Made by a program: the position numbers and the translations under genes. From positions 1,312,001 through 1,376,000 of the forward strand of contig OZ255836.1 in NCBI GenBank assembly GCA_965277715.1: 64,000 nucleotides of DNA, read 5' to 3'. Below, one piece after another: positions 1 through 12,808 of this stretch. Numbering within the stretch: the first letter of the stretch is position 1; each line of letters opens with the position of its first letter. A model generated the notes under the pieces. It made no database searches. It was not told the origin of the DNA and saw only the letters and a program-made list of their open reading frames with translations. The DNA is from Gammaproteobacteria bacterium (lineage in GTDB: Bacteria > Pseudomonadota > Gammaproteobacteria > JBCCGL01).

Positions 1-243
1 CTGCGCAATATCAGGTATCGTTTCACGTACCGACAAATCGGCGGCGAGCGTGCGTGCCTCACCCCCGTGGCGTTCAATCGATGCCGCCACCTCACTTAAC
101 TGGGCCTCACGGCGCGCCAGCAACACGACGGCAGCACCGGCATCAGCCAGGGCACTGGCCATCAGTTGGCCAATCCCCGCGCTGGCACCACTCACCAGCG
201 CAACGCGCCCTTTCAGTGAAAATAGCGTGTCGAGTACCTGCAT
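1..243 (-). CDS. SDR-family NAD(P)-dependent oxidoreductase, 3' part outside window (candidate HpsO-type DHPS dehydrogenase)
   Basis: Manual translation from ATG at 243: MQVLDTLFSLKGRVALVSGASAGIGQLMA..., Rossmann GxxxGIG motif; starts directly after the hpsN stop. Confidence 0.8.
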   Translation of the reverse strand, partial: MQVLDTLFSLKGRVALVSGASAGIGQLMASALADAGAAVVLLARREAQLSEVAASIERHGGEARTLAADLSVRETIPDIAQ

Positions 244-1593
<1,350 letters not shown>

Positions 1594-1662
1594 TCAATAA
1601 ATAATAATAGGTTATTTTTACGTTCAGACGTAAGCCGTCTGTAGCAGAATAAAATAGTGATA

Positions 1663-1692
1663 TATCGCTAAAAATAAATATTTTTAGCGATA
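1663..1692. promoter_or_regulatory. Perfect 14-bp inverted repeat upstream of hpsN, candidate repressor operator
   Basis: TATCGCTAAAAATA-aa-TATTTTTAGCGATA, about 80 bp upstream of the start codon. Confidence 0.6.
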
Positions 1693-1740
1693 GATTGTTT
1701 ACCCGTTCAGGTAATTAGGTAACCACAGTACGATTTGTGG

Positions 1741-1760
1741 AAAGATGATAATCATTATCA
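1741..1760. promoter_or_regulatory. Fur box
   Basis: AAAGATGATAATCATTATC matches 16/19 of GATAATGATAATCATTATC; perfect 7-1-7 core TGATAAT-C-ATTATCA at 1746-1760. Confidence 0.7.
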
Positions 1761-1952
1761 GGCCAATCAATTGGATGGCCATAAACTACATCATACCGCC
1801 GTATGTATCCTTCAAATCCCACTCTGGCACATAGTAGGATGAGTATCTTTGATTGAAATAGGCTTTGCAATACGAAAGTATCATTTTTAGGACTTGAAAG
1901 TACCAGTAGTGAGACAAAAAAACTGAAATAAAAAATCACCCGAAGACGTAGC

Positions 1953-2000
1953 CTAGATATCATCTATTGGCTTGTGTGCAAGTTAATGCATGGGGTCTAG
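1953..2000 (-). repeat. 48-bp CTAG-bounded palindromic repeat, copy 1
   Basis: Reverse complement CTAGACCCCATGCATTAACTTGCACACAAGCCAATAGATGATATCTAG aligns without gaps to 14935-14982 and 47245-47292. Confidence 0.85.
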
Positions 2001-2099
2001 AATGCCGTTGATGCGAAAAAGCGGTATCAGGCACGAGGGTGCCAGTAGAATTGGAAATGATGAAGGTTGCCACAAACGTTTACCCAGTAGCCCAGAGGT

Positions 2100-2125
2100 A
2101 AAAAAAACAGGCTACCAGGTGCCTT
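2100..2125 (-). terminator. Probable intrinsic terminator of the csrA-tRNA-Ser transcript
   Basis: Minus strand AGGCACCTGGTAGCCT hairpin followed by G and a long T run. Confidence 0.5.
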
Positions 2126-2272
2126 GGAAACAAGATTCAAAACATGACAACATTCCTTAACTTACCCCAAAGATGACAGCATTTCCTTAACAGCGGTGAA
2201 CCAAACTGTGGGGCAAGCAAAAAGTATATCTTTACAATCCATTGATAATGATGAAAAGATACACAAAAATAA

Positions 2273-2365
2273 TGGCGGAGAGAGAGGGATTCGAACCCTC
2301 GATGGAGCTATTAACCCCATACTCCCTTAGCAGGGGAGCGCCTTCAGCCGCTCGGCCATCTCTCC
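2273..2365 (-). tRNA. tRNA-Ser(GCT)
   Basis: GGAGAGATGGCCGAGCGGCTGAAGGCGCTCCCCTGCTAAGGGAG...GGTTCGAATCC...CCGCCA; long variable arm, encoded CCA, usual position after csrA. Confidence 0.97.
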
Positions 2366-2502
2366 ATTGTTATTACAATAAACAACAACCAGGATATGGT
2401 TAAGAATACCCCGTGAAAACTAAACCGTAAAGACAAAAATGTCTAAACTAACTACCGCCATACTGTGTAAGCTATGGCGTGCAGTTGTCGCACTTTCAAA
2501 CG

Positions 2503-2724
2503 TTATTCAGCAACATTACCAATAGCATCAGGGTCTGGCGCATAGCCACCCATGTTTGCCTGTTCACGCTTTATACGTTCGTAAATCTCCTCTCGATGAA
2601 CCGCTATTTCCTTAGGAGCATTCACACCAATGCGCACCTGGTTACCCTTTACCCCTAAAACGGTAACGGTAACCTCGTCACCAATCATCAGTGTCTCTCC
2701 AACACGTCTCGTTAAAATCAACAT
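2503..2724 (-). CDS. csrA: Carbon storage regulator CsrA
   Basis: [16 protein letters not shown]...[19 protein letters not shown]. Confidence 0.98.
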   Translation of the reverse strand: MLILTRRVGETLMIGDEVTVTVLGVKGNQVRIGVNAPKEIAVHREEIYERIKREQANMGGYAPDPDAIGNVAE

Positions 2725-2868
2725 TTAAAATTCTCCCGGAATCCTAAGCCAAGCTTGAGCAGACTATACCGCCCAACCCCATATAAACTTAAGTACTATA
2801 GTAATAAGGTAGCAATTATACCTGAAACGGCAAGCATTTAATTCGTTCAGGCGATTAATAATGACCGT

Positions 2869-4131
2869 TTAGGCGGCCACTGTCGTGCTTGTCATCACCT
2901 CCTCTCCCAAATCTAATGGTTTATCCAGCTCGAACGCGGCGTGTAGAGCCCGCACACCCAGTTCGAGGTAGCGTTCCTCCACCAGAACCGAAATTTTTAT
3001 TTCAGAGGTGGATATCATACGTATGTTAATGCCTTCCGCCGCCAGTGCTTCAAACATTTTACTGGCAATACCGGCGTGTGATCGCATGCCGACACCAACA
3101 ATTGAAATTTTTACCGTTTTATCATCACCATCAACTTTGCTGGCCTGTAGCTCTTTGGCAGTCACGCGCAAAATATCCAGGCTTCGCTGATAATCGCTAC
3201 GGTTCACCGTAAACGTAAAATCGGTTACCCCATTACCCACATTTTGTACGATCATATCGACTTCGATATTGGCCTGGGCGATAGGCCCCAGTATTTTGAA
3301 TGCAATACCCGGTGTATCTGGAACCCCCGCTATGGTTAGCTGTGCTTCATCGCGATTAAATGCAATGCCAGAAATCAATGCCTGTTCCATCGCCTGCTCC
3401 TCGTCATAAGTAATCAGTGTGCCGTTACCGGCTTTAAAGGTCGACAAAACGCGTAAGGGTACATTGTATTTGCCTGCAAATTCAACTGATCGGATTTGCA
3501 AAACCTTAGAGCCCAGGCTGGACATTTCAAGCATTTCCTCGAAAGTGACCTTATTCAGGCGCCGCGCTTCAGGCACCACCCGTGGGTCGGTGGTATAGAC
3601 GCCATCGACATCGGTAAATATCTGGCATTCATCTGCCTGCAAAGCCGCCGCCAACGCAACCCCGGAAGTATCTGAACCACCGCGCCCCAAGGTGGTGATA
3701 TTGCCGCCCTGGTCAACCCCTTGGAAGCCCGCAACCACGACAACAGCGCCAGCATTCAGATCATGCATTATGCGTTCAGAATCAATACTGCTAATACGGG
3801 CTTTATTGTGCACACTGTCGGTCAGTATTTTAACTTGAGCCCCTGTATAAGAGCGCGCCTTGCAACCGCGTTCGATCAATGCCATGCACAACAATGCAAT
3901 AGTGACTTGCTCACCCGTGGATACCAATACATCGTATTCGCGTGGATCTGGTTGTGATGAAATTTCGTGAGACAGCGCGATCAGACGGTTGGTTTCACCA
4001 CTCATCGCAGAAACCACCACGACCAATTGGTGTCCCTCTTTGTGCGATTGCACAATTTTATCGGCCACATTGCCAATACGTTCGACCGTACCAACCGATG
4101 TGCCACCATATTTTTGAACAAATAAACTCAT
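2869..4131 (-). CDS. lysC: Aspartate kinase
   Basis: VQKYGGTSV, TTLGRGGSDT, DVDGVYTTDPR and two ACT domains; alaS-lysC-csrA synteny. Confidence 0.96.
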   Translation of the reverse strand: MSLFVQKYGGTSVGTVERIGNVADKIVQSHKEGHQLVVVVSAMSGETNRLIALSHEISSQPDPREYDVLVSTGEQVTIALLCMALIERGCKARSYTGAQVKILTDSVHNKARISSIDSERIMHDLNAGAVVVVAGFQGVDQGGNITTLGRGGSDTSGVALAAALQADECQIFTDVDGVYTTDPRVVPEARRLNKVTFEEMLEMSSLGSKVLQIRSVEFAGKYNVPLRVLSTFKAGNGTLITYDEEQAMEQALISGIAFNRDEAQLTIAGVPDTPGIAFKILGPIAQANIEVDMIVQNVGNGVTDFTFTVNRSDYQRSLDILRVTAKELQASKVDGDDKTVKISIVGVGMRSHAGIASKMFEALAAEGINIRMISTSEIKISVLVEERYLELGVRALHAAFELDKPLDLGEEVMTSTTVAA

Positions 4132-4172
4132 TGTTATCTTTAGTGCCTGCCTCGTATTTTGGCCGTATTTTG

Positions 4173-6782
4173 CTAGTGATTGGGCAGTTGTTGCCGTACC
4201 CAGCGAGGCACGGAACTCAATGCACTCGCCAGGTTCTCTGGTTGGTTCCCACCGGCCTGAGCCATATCTGCACGCCCGCCCCCTTTGCCGCCTATTTGCG
4301 TGGCAACCATATTGACCATATCGCCCGCACGAATCTGGTGCATCAGTGGTTTTGCCACCCGCGCCACCAGCATGACCTTACCATTATCGACGCCAGCCAA
4401 TACAATCACTGCATTGGCAATTTTATCGCTGAGTCTATCGGCTGTCTCGCGTAAAACTTTGCTATCAGGTACACCTTCAAGCTTGACAGCGAGCACATTG
4501 ACCCCCTCTATATCGATAACGCTTTTAGTGAGCTGCTCACCCGCCTGCGCCGCCAGTTTTTGTTGCAACTGTGCAGTCTCTTTTTCCAGCGCTTTATTGC
4601 GGTCAAGTACTTGTTGTACTTTGTGCTCCAGATTGTCACGCGAGGTTTTCACTGAGTGCGCAAGCCTCGACAGCAGGTTAGCATTCTTCTCCACATCAAG
4701 AAGTGCAATATCGCCCGTAATAGCCTCTATCCGTCGCACACCCGAAGCAACCCCGGTCTCTGACAGAATGCGGAACAACCCAATATCGCCTGTGCGCCCA
4801 ACATGGGTGCCGCCACACAATTCCACAGATACCTCCCCCATAGCGACAACACGCACCTGTTCGCCATACTTTTCACCAAATAGGGCCAGTGCACCCGCTG
4901 TAAGCGCCTCATCCATACTCATTTCGCGCACGCTGCTGGTATGGTTTTGGCGAATAGCTAAATTAACCCACCCCTCAAGCTCATCCAGGATATCCCGATC
5001 TATTGGTTGATTATGTGAGAAATCAAAGCGCAGGTAATCGGGCGCAACCAGCGACCCCTTCTGCTCGACATGATCACCCAATATGCCGCGCAAGGCAGCG
5101 TGCAATAAATGCGTCGCAGAATGATTGAGTACTATCGCCTCGCGTCTAGCGGCATCAATGTGGGCATCAGTAACATGCCCAACGCGTAGCGCACCACTGG
5201 TCTGTCGACCAATATGCACCACTACATCGCCTTGTTTTTGCGTATCCTCAACGGCAAATTCGGTCCGGCCGCTCTTTAGCACGCCCGTATCGCCAAGCTG
5301 CCCGCCGGACTCCCCATAAAAAGGGGTTTTATCGAGCACCACAATTCCTTGCTGTCCCTGCTCCAATTGATCGACTGATTCGCTACCGCTGTATAACGCC
5401 AGAACCCGGCCCTGCCCGGTGGTGGCGTGATACCCCACAAATTCACTGGGCACATCAACGGCAACCCGCTGTTGGTCAGCAACGGCGAATTGCTGGTGCG
5501 AACGAGCCAGTGAACGCTGAACATCCATCGCCTTTTCAAAGCCCACCTGATCTACACGCAAATTGCGTTCACGGGCAATATCAGCGGTCAGATCGATGGG
5601 AAAGCCATAGGTATCATAAAGCTTGAATAGCACATCACCGGGAATCAAATCATCGGTCAACCCGGAAATGGTTTCTTCAAGAATTTTCATTCCTATCGCC
5701 AGGGTTTCATTAAAGCGCGTCTCTTCCGCCAGCAGCGCCTGCTCAATACGCGACTGATTACTCAGTAGCTCAGGGTAAGCCTCTCCCATTTCCTTAGCGA
5801 GCGCATCAACCAGTTTGTAAAAAAATGCCGATGTAGCACCTAATTTATGGCCGTGCCGTGCCGCACGGCGAATAATACGGCGCAATACATAACCGCGACG
5901 CTCATTTGACGGCATCACACCATCGACAATCAGAAATGCACACGAGCGTATGTGATCGGCGATCACCCGCAAAGACTTGTTTTCCAAATCGTCAACTGAC
6001 AACAGGCTTGCAGTCGCACGAATCAGGTTTTGAAATAGGTCGGTATCGTAATTGCTGTGCACGCCCTGCAAAACGGCTGCGATGCGTTCAAGGCCCATAC
6101 CTGTATCGACACTGGGCTTGGGTAGTGGTGTCAAGCTGCCATCGGCAGCACGGTCATACTGCATAAACACCAGATTCCATATTTCAATATAGCGGTCACC
6201 GTCTTCTTCAGGTGTACCCGGTGGGCCACCCCAGACATCGGGGCCATGATCGTAAAAAATCTCCGAACACGGCCCACAAGGCCCCGTCTCGCCCATTTGC
6301 CAGAAGTTATCCTTGGCACCAATGCGCGCAATCCGCTCACGTGGCACGCCGATATGCTGCTCCCAGAGTGTAAACGCTTCATCGTCTTCCTCATAGACCG
6401 TTACCCACAAACGGTCTTTGGGCATCTTTAACTCAACCGTCAAAAACTGCCAGGCGTATTCAATCGCCTCACGTTTAAAATATTCACCAAAGCTGAAGTT
6501 GCCCAGCATTTCAAAAAATGTGTGATGGCGAGCGGTGTAGCCAACATTATCAAGGTCATTGTGTTTGCCACCTGCACGCACACAACGTTGACTGGTAGTC
6601 GCACGGCTGTAGTGGCGTTTTTCCACACCGAGAAATAAATCTTTAAACTGCACCATACCCGCATTGGTAAACAACAGGGTTTTATCATTTGCTGGCACTA
6701 AAGGGCTAGACGCGACAATCTGGTGGCCATGACCTTGAAAGTAGCCCAGAAATTTCTGGCGTATCGCGGAAACTGTGATCAT
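4173..6782 (-). CDS. alaS: Alanine--tRNA ligase
   Basis: [48 protein letters not shown]. Confidence 0.98.
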   Translation of the reverse strand: MITVSAIRQKFLGYFQGHGHQIVASSPLVPANDKTLLFTNAGMVQFKDLFLGVEKRHYSRATTSQRCVRAGGKHNDLDNVGYTARHHTFFEMLGNFSFGEYFKREAIEYAWQFLTVELKMPKDRLWVTVYEEDDEAFTLWEQHIGVPRERIARIGAKDNFWQMGETGPCGPCSEIFYDHGPDVWGGPPGTPEEDGDRYIEIWNLVFMQYDRAADGSLTPLPKPSVDTGMGLERIAAVLQGVHSNYDTDLFQNLIRATASLLSVDDLENKSLRVIADHIRSCAFLIVDGVMPSNERRGYVLRRIIRRAARHGHKLGATSAFFYKLVDALAKEMGEAYPELLSNQSRIEQALLAEETRFNETLAIGMKILEETISGLTDDLIPGDVLFKLYDTYGFPIDLTADIARERNLRVDQVGFEKAMDVQRSLARSHQQFAVADQQRVAVDVPSEFVGYHATTGQGRVLALYSGSESVDQLEQGQQGIVVLDKTPFYGESGGQLGDTGVLKSGRTEFAVEDTQKQGDVVVHIGRQTSGALRVGHVTDAHIDAARREAIVLNHSATHLLHAALRGILGDHVEQKGSLVAPDYLRFDFSHNQPIDRDILDELEGWVNLAIRQNHTSSVREMSMDEALTAGALALFGEKYGEQVRVVAMGEVSVELCGGTHVGRTGDIGLFRILSETGVASGVRRIEAITGDIALLDVEKNANLLSRLAHSVKTSRDNLEHKVQQVLDRNKALEKETAQLQQKLAAQAGEQLTKSVIDIEGVNVLAVKLEGVPDSKVLRETADRLSDKIANAVIVLAGVDNGKVMLVARVAKPLMHQIRAGDMVNMVATQIGGKGGGRADMAQAGGNQPENLASALSSVPRWVRQQLPNH

Positions 6783-6831
6783 TCGGTATGGGTACTACTT
6801 ATAGTTACACGGTAAAACAGCACTGAATTTG

Positions 6832-7308
6832 TTAGCTTGCAACAGGAGCTTGCAGCACGCCTTTGATAATATCGCCAGAAAACCCTCGCGATAACAAAAA
6901 GCGCTGCTGTTTCATCAACAATTTCTGATCAGTATTAGCAATGAAGGCAAACTTTTTGTCAAAAGCGCGTTGTGCGATAGGCTGCCAATCGATCATGGCA
7001 TCGGCAAAACAATCGTCAATACACGCGTCATCAACACCTTTTTGCAAAAGTTCCGCACGCACTTTGCGCTCACCATAACCCTTGCCTACACGTTGGCGAA
7101 TGTACTCTGAGGCAGCTCGCTCGTCACTCAGCATGCCCTCATCGTCAAGGGTTTGCAGTACTGAATCGATAACAGACGAAGCTATACCCCGGGAAGCCAG
7201 TTTGACCGACATTTCATGGTGTGTATGCTCCCTTAGTGCCAATATTTTCAATGCACTGTTTTTGACCTGAGCTAGCGTCTTTGGCAGATCGGCATCATCC
7301 ATTGTCAT
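6832..7308 (-). CDS. recX: Regulatory protein RecX
   Basis: Directly downstream of recA; LALREH, GYGERKVRAELLQKGV, RFLLSRGF. Confidence 0.92.
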   Translation of the reverse strand: MTMDDADLPKTLAQVKNSALKILALREHTHHEMSVKLASRGIASSVIDSVLQTLDDEGMLSDERAASEYIRQRVGKGYGERKVRAELLQKGVDDACIDDCFADAMIDWQPIAQRAFDKKFAFIANTDQKLLMKQQRFLLSRGFSGDIIKGVLQAPVAS

Positions 7309-7309
7309 C

Positions 7310-8347
7310 TTATCCTCCGTTGCTCAATTCCCCGGGCTGTTCCTCTGGCTTTTTATTCGATGTCAACAACAAAGCGCGCAGTTTAGTTTCCAGCTCAGCC
7401 GCTTTTTCCGGGTGTTCTTTCAGGTAATTGCGCACATTGTCTTTGCCTTGCCCTATACGGTCACCGTTGTAGCTATACCAGGCACCGGCTTTATCGACCA
7501 TACTGTTCTTGACGCCCAGATCAATCAGTTCGCCCTCTCGCGAACTGCCTTCACCGTAGAGAATTTCAAACTCAGCCTGTTTAAAGGGTGGCGCCATTTT
7601 GTTTTTGACCACCTTGACCCGCGTTTCATTGCCGATCACTTCATCACCTTTTTTGATTGCGCCTATACGGCGGATATCCAGGCGTACCGACGCATAAAAT
7701 TTAAGTGCGTTACCGCCCGTAGTGGTTTCCGGGCTACCAAACATCACACCAATTTTCATTCGAATCTGGTTGATAAATATAACCAGCGCGTTGGAGCGTT
7801 TGATATTTGCAGTGAGTTTACGCAACGCCTGCGACATCAGCCTTGCGTGCAGGCCAACGTGTGAATCCCCCATATCCCCTTCAATTTCGGCCTTTGGTGT
7901 CAACGCTGCAACCGAATCGACGACCACTAAATCAACCGCTCCAGAGCGCACCAGCATATCGGTAATTTCCAGGCCCTGATCACCAGTATCTGGCTGCGAT
8001 ACCAACAGGTCATCAACATTGACACCCAGCTTCTCGGCATAAGTGGGATCGAGCGCGTGCTCAGCGTCGACAAACGCCGCCGTACCACCCGCTTTCTGAC
8101 ACTCGGCAATCGTCTGCAGGGCCAGCGTTGTTTTGCCCGAAGACTCAGGACCATAGATTTCGACCACCCGACCCTTGGGTAATCCACCAATACCGAGGGC
8201 GATATCGATACTCAGAGAACCTGTTGAGATAAATTCAATATCACGTACTGCACTGGCATCCCCCATGCGCATAACAGCGCCTTTGCCGAATTGCTTTTCT
8301 ATCTGCCCAAGTGCAGCAGCCAGTGCTTTTTTACGATTATCATCCAC
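7310..8347 (-). CDS. recA: Recombinase RecA
   Basis: [46 protein letters not shown]. Confidence 0.99.
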   Translation of the reverse strand: MDDNRKKALAAALGQIEKQFGKGAVMRMGDASAVRDIEFISTGSLSIDIALGIGGLPKGRVVEIYGPESSGKTTLALQTIAECQKAGGTAAFVDAEHALDPTYAEKLGVNVDDLLVSQPDTGDQGLEITDMLVRSGAVDLVVVDSVAALTPKAEIEGDMGDSHVGLHARLMSQALRKLTANIKRSNALVIFINQIRMKIGVMFGSPETTTGGNALKFYASVRLDIRRIGAIKKGDEVIGNETRVKVVKNKMAPPFKQAEFEILYGEGSSREGELIDLGVKNSMVDKAGAWYSYNGDRIGQGKDNVRNYLKEHPEKAAELETKLRALLLTSNKKPEEQPGELSNGG

Positions 8348-8460
8348 GTTTTTATTCGCCCCCCAGGACTACCAAACAGGCCACCAAACGGGCCAACTAA
8401 ATAGCCGACAAGTATTGCATAACTTTGTTTTGTCTAACAGACCCCCGCTGTAAAAATAGT

Positions 8461-8739
8461 CTACTCAGGTGTTTGTGCAGAGACCTGAACGCGCAACGCC
8501 TCCAGCGCATTTTGCTTTATTTGCAGGTCTCTATCGCTATCATCCAACTGGGCGCGCATTTCATGTAACGCCTGCAGGGTCTGCTGGTACTTTCGCTGCA
8601 CCTCAGACAACTGCTGGCGTTGCGCTTCAAGCAGTCTGACAGCGCTGTCATCGACCACCTCAGGGGGGTCACTACCACCACACGCTGCAACCAAAACGAC
8701 GCCCATTAACAATACAGTGCTGATTTTTTTGTGTTTCAT
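8461..8739 (-). CDS. Small predicted lipoprotein with coiled-coil C-terminus
   Basis: Signal peptide with lipobox VAAC; Q/L/E heptad-rich body; overlaps the pncC stop. Confidence 0.6.
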   Translation of the reverse strand: MKHKKISTVLLMGVVLVAACGGSDPPEVVDDSAVRLLEAQRQQLSEVQRKYQQTLQALHEMRAQLDDSDRDLQIKQNALEALRVQVSAQTPE

Positions 8740-9269
8740 CTTTTTAAACGCTCAATTACGCGACGCATAGCGTGCTCGGCAGCCTGGTGCCGGATATATT
8801 CGCGGTCGCCAGCAAAGAGGCGCCGCTCAGTAAACAGTGACTCACCCGCAGGTATTCCACTCCCTGATAAGCCACCGGCGTACGCCCAGGCAAACCAAAC
8901 AGTGCCGACAGGTTTTTCCTCACTGCCACCCGATGGCCCTGCCACACCGCTGATAGCAATGGCAATCTGTGCCTGGCTATTGACAGCACTGCTGGCAGCC
9001 AGGGCACCTGCCGCCATTTCCCTGACAACCGCATCACTGACGGCACCGTACTCGGCAATACTGGCCTCATTCACAGCCAGCATTTCCCGCTTGGCTTCAT
9101 TGGTATAACTGATAAAAGCGCGGTCAAACCAGGCTGAACTGCCAGCGACATCGGTCACGCGTTTTGCCAACAACCCGCCCGTGCACGATTCTGCCGTAAT
9201 GAGTGATGCACCTGCGGCCAGTAGCTGTCGACCAAACTCAACAGCAATATTGTCGGTTTCTTTATCCAT
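8736..9269 (-). CDS. pncC: CinA C-terminal family protein / NMN deamidase
   Basis: TAESCTGG, YTNEAK, YGAVS, SGVAGPSGG, KPVGTVWFA; lies between mutS and recA. Confidence 0.9.
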   Translation of the reverse strand: MDKETDNIAVEFGRQLLAAGASLITAESCTGGLLAKRVTDVAGSSAWFDRAFISYTNEAKREMLAVNEASIAEYGAVSDAVVREMAAGALAASSAVNSQAQIAIAISGVAGPSGGSEEKPVGTVWFAWAYAGGLSGSGIPAGESLFTERRLFAGDREYIRHQAAEHAMRRVIERLKR

Positions 9270-9312
9270 AGAGTAGACACCTTTTAAAAAAGCTATCCGT
9301 TACAATAGCCCG

Positions 9313-11910
9313 ATGAACACGACCAAGCAAACCGAACACACGCCAATGATGCGCCAATACCTCGCGATTAAAGCGGAGTACCCGGACACACTGGTGTTTT
9401 ATCGCATGGGGGATTTCTACGAGTTGTTTTTTGATGACGCTAAGCGTGCAGCCAAACTGCTTGATATTACCTTGACCGCACGCGGTAAAACCGCTGGCCA
9501 GCCGATTCCGATGGCAGGTATCCCCTACCATGCAGCAGATGGTTACCTGGCGCGGCTGGTGAAACGCGGTGAATCGGTCGCTATTTGTGAGCAGATCGGT
9601 GATCCGGCACTGGCTAAGGGACCGGTTGAGCGAAAAGTCGTGCGGGTAGTGACGCCCGGCACAGTAACCGACGAGGCATTGCTCTCAGCACACCGGGAAA
9701 GCCTGTTAGTTGCCGTCGCACGCAACGGTGAAAAAATGGGTATCGCGGCACTGGAACTCAGTGCCGGACGTTTTATTGTGCAGCAAATGGAAAGCGAATC
9801 CGCACTGGTCAGTGAATTGACCCGATTGCAACCAGCAGAATTATTAGTCAGTGAGATGGATAGCGGCAACGCCTGTTTTAGTGAGTGGCCCGTCAGGCAG
9901 CGGCCGCCGTGGCACTTTGATACCGATACTGCGCGGGCGCAGCTAACCGCACTATTTGGCACCCGCGACCTATCTGCCTTTGGTTGCGAACAGATGCCAC
10001 TGGCAATCGCTGCCGCCGGTTGTACGTTACAATACTTGAAGGACACTCAACAGTCTGCCCTTCCCCATATTCGTGCGATAACCGTAGAGCACCGTGACGA
10101 CAGCCTGCTGATGGATTCGGCAACGCGGCGCAATCTTGAACTGGATTACAGCCTCAGTGGCGATCACCAACACACGCTGGTTGGTGTATTGGACAGTACC
10201 GTCACCAGTATGGGTGGCCGACTGTTACGCCGTTGGATTAACCGGCCACTGCGCGATCACGCACAGCTAAATGCACGCTTCGATTGTGTCACCTCGCTAT
10301 GCGATATATCGCTGCAAACCATGATACGTGAACTGCTGGGCGGTATCGTTGATATTGAGCGTATCAGCGCACGCATCGCGCTCAAATCGGCACGCCCACG
10401 CGATCTCAGTGGCCTGCACAACTCATTACAGCAAATACCGGCCATCGAAGCCCTGCTCCACACGGTTGACGGCAGCACCTTAAATACACTCAGTGATGAC
10501 TTAAAGGACGAAACCGGAATCGAGGTGTTATTGGGCAGCGCGGTGATCGAATCCCCGCCGATGTTAATCCGCGACGGTGGCGTAATCTCGCCGGGCTACG
10601 ATGGGGAGCTGGATGAACTACGTACCCTCAGTCAAAATGCCGACCAGTTTTTATTCGACCTGGAAACCCGTGAGCGGGAAAACAGCGGCATTGCCAATCT
10701 CAAGGTCAGCTACAACCGCGTGCACGGTTACTATATCGAGATTAGCCGCAACCTCACCGACAAGATCCCCGACTATTTTATCCGTCGGCAAACGCTAAAA
10801 TCCGTCGAGCGCTATATCACCCCCGAACTAAAATCGTTTGAAGACAAAGTACTCAGCGCCCGCGAACGCGCACTTTCACGCGAAAAATACCTCTATGAGC
10901 AGCTACTCGATTGCCTGTGTGAAAAAATTCCCTCGTTGCAGCTTATCGCTGCCACTATCGCGAAATTGGATGTATTCGCCTGCTTTGCCGAGCGCGCCAG
11001 CGCACTGAACTGGCGGCGGCCAATGCTTAGCGCAACACCTGGGCTGCGCATCGATGCCGGGCGCCACCCAATTGTGGAGCAGGTATTGGACACGGCATTT
11101 GTCGCCAACGATGTCTGTTTCGATCAAAAACAGCGCATGTTGTTGATTACCGGCCCCAATATGGGTGGCAAATCGACCTATATGCGGCAAATTGCACTGA
11201 TTACCCTGTTGGCCCATGTGGGCAGCTATGTACCGGCAGAGCGCGCCGAGATCGGCCCCATCGATCAAATTTTTACGCGTATCGGTGCCTCTGATGATCT
11301 CGCCAGTGGTCGCTCCACTTTTATGGTGGAAATGACCGAAGCGGCCAATATATTGCACAATGCGAGTGCGCAAAGCCTGGTATTAATGGACGAAATAGGC
11401 CGTGGCACCAGCACTTATGACGGACTCTCGCTGGCCTGGGCATGCGCCGACCATCTATGCACCACCAACTGTGCCTACACCTTGTTCGCTACGCATTATT
11501 TTGAATTGACACAATTGGCCGAGCAGCACCAGGCCATCACTAACGTGCACCTAAGCGCCATCGAGCACAAAGGGGATATTGTCTTTATGCATAATGTAAA
11601 GACCGGCCCGGCAAACCGCAGTTACGGTTTACAGGTAGCCAAACTGGCGGGCCTGCCAGCAACGACACTTAAACACGCCCAGCAGCTTTTGCAGCAATTG
11701 GAGAGCACTGCACAGGCTCAGCCCTCACACGCTAAACAATCAACTGCCTCAACACTGGGTCAACTGTCCCTTTTTGAAGACAAACCGACCGATCGGCTCG
11801 CCGAATCACTGGCGTTCATCGAACATATAGACCCAAACGATACGACGCCCAAACAGGCACTCGAGTGGCTGTATAAAATTAAGACGGCCATAGACAGTAC
11901 TCAGAGCTGA
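9313..11910 (+). CDS. mutS: DNA mismatch repair protein MutS
   Basis: [48 protein letters not shown]. Confidence 0.99.
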   Translation: MNTTKQTEHTPMMRQYLAIKAEYPDTLVFYRMGDFYELFFDDAKRAAKLLDITLTARGKTAGQPIPMAGIPYHAADGYLARLVKRGESVAICEQIGDPALAKGPVERKVVRVVTPGTVTDEALLSAHRESLLVAVARNGEKMGIAALELSAGRFIVQQMESESALVSELTRLQPAELLVSEMDSGNACFSEWPVRQRPPWHFDTDTARAQLTALFGTRDLSAFGCEQMPLAIAAAGCTLQYLKDTQQSALPHIRAITVEHRDDSLLMDSATRRNLELDYSLSGDHQHTLVGVLDSTVTSMGGRLLRRWINRPLRDHAQLNARFDCVTSLCDISLQTMIRELLGGIVDIERISARIALKSARPRDLSGLHNSLQQIPAIEALLHTVDGSTLNTLSDDLKDETGIEVLLGSAVIESPPMLIRDGGVISPGYDGELDELRTLSQNADQFLFDLETRERENSGIANLKVSYNRVHGYYIEISRNLTDKIPDYFIRRQTLKSVERYITPELKSFEDKVLSARERALSREKYLYEQLLDCLCEKIPSLQLIAATIAKLDVFACFAERASALNWRRPMLSATPGLRIDAGRHPIVEQVLDTAFVANDVCFDQKQRMLLITGPNMGGKSTYMRQIALITLLAHVGSYVPAERAEIGPIDQIFTRIGASDDLASGRSTFMVEMTEAANILHNASAQSLVLMDEIGRGTSTYDGLSLAWACADHLCTTNCAYTLFATHYFELTQLAEQHQAITNVHLSAIEHKGDIVFMHNVKTGPANRSYGLQVAKLAGLPATTLKHAQQLLQQLESTAQAQPSHAKQSTASTLGQLSLFEDKPTDRLAESLAFIEHIDPNDTTPKQALEWLYKIKTAIDSTQS

Positions 11911-11942
11911 CACTACCCCGCTCCTCGTGATAATTTAGCACT

Positions 11943-12803
11943 ATGTATAAATTCAAAAAAATTGGCCTTATCACCCGGCTAAACGACCTGAAAGTATCCG
12001 ACACCCTCAACGACGTACACGCACGCCTGGAAAAACTGGGCTGTGAGGTCATACTCGACCACAGTACCCGTGGTTTGATTGGTGGATTGAAAACAGTCGG
12101 GCTGGACGTTATCGCCGAGGAATGTGACCTGGCCATTGTGATCGGTGGTGATGGCACCCTGCTACATACCGCACGCGCACTGGCCGATTGTGATGTGCCG
12201 ATTGTCGGCGTAAACCGTGGCCGCCTGGGCTTTTTAGTCGATGTATCCCCAGAGAGTGAGCTCACCCAGCTCAACGAGATTCTCGCCGGTAACTACCTGA
12301 ACGAAGAGCGCTTATTGCTCAACGTTGAAATACGCCGCGACGGCGAACGGGTTAATCAGGTGGTGGCATTTAATGACATCGTACTGCGCGTCAAAGACCT
12401 GCTGCGCATTATAGAGTTTGAAACCTATATTAATGACCGCTTCGTCAATGTGCAGCGCGCCGATGGCATCATCGTTTCAACACCCTCGGGCTCGACGGCC
12501 TACTCACTCTCCAACGGTGGACCCATTGTCACCCCAACGCTCGACGTGATCGTCATGCAGCCAATCTGCCCACACACACTCAGCAGTCGCCCACTGGTGG
12601 TTGGTGCCGATAGCGATATCCGCATTCGCATCAGCGATGAGGGAATCGACAACGGCCAGTTGGTCAGCGATGGGCAGGTATACTTTGATCTGATGCCCAA
12701 TGATGTCATCCATATTAAACGGCACGCCAAGTGTGTACGCCTTTTACACCCAAACAACTACAACTACTACAAACTGCTGCGCGCCAAACTAAACTGGACC
12801 TGA
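11943..12803 (+). CDS. nadK: NAD+ kinase
   Basis: GGDGT, GRLGFL, FND, STPSGSTAYSLSNGGP. Confidence 0.96.
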   Translation: MYKFKKIGLITRLNDLKVSDTLNDVHARLEKLGCEVILDHSTRGLIGGLKTVGLDVIAEECDLAIVIGGDGTLLHTARALADCDVPIVGVNRGRLGFLVDVSPESELTQLNEILAGNYLNEERLLLNVEIRRDGERVNQVVAFNDIVLRVKDLLRIIEFETYINDRFVNVQRADGIIVSTPSGSTAYSLSNGGPIVTPTLDVIVMQPICPHTLSSRPLVVGADSDIRIRISDEGIDNGQLVSDGQVYFDLMPNDVIHIKRHAKCVRLLHPNNYNYYKLLRAKLNWT

Positions 12804-12808
12804 GTTAT

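Noticed and set aside
1715-1963. 82-aa minus-strand ORF
   Set aside because: Its start lies inside the 48-bp repeat and it overlaps the Fur box; no recognisable motif
4285-5010. Long antisense ORFs (241 aa opposite alaS; others opposite mutS, rne and pckA)
   Set aside because: Shadow frames of conserved genes with no independent coding signal
8425-8440. LexA box upstream of recA (TTGTTTTGTCTAACAG)
   Set aside because: Mismatch in the invariant CTG triplet, and no supporting box found at recN or intI; not called
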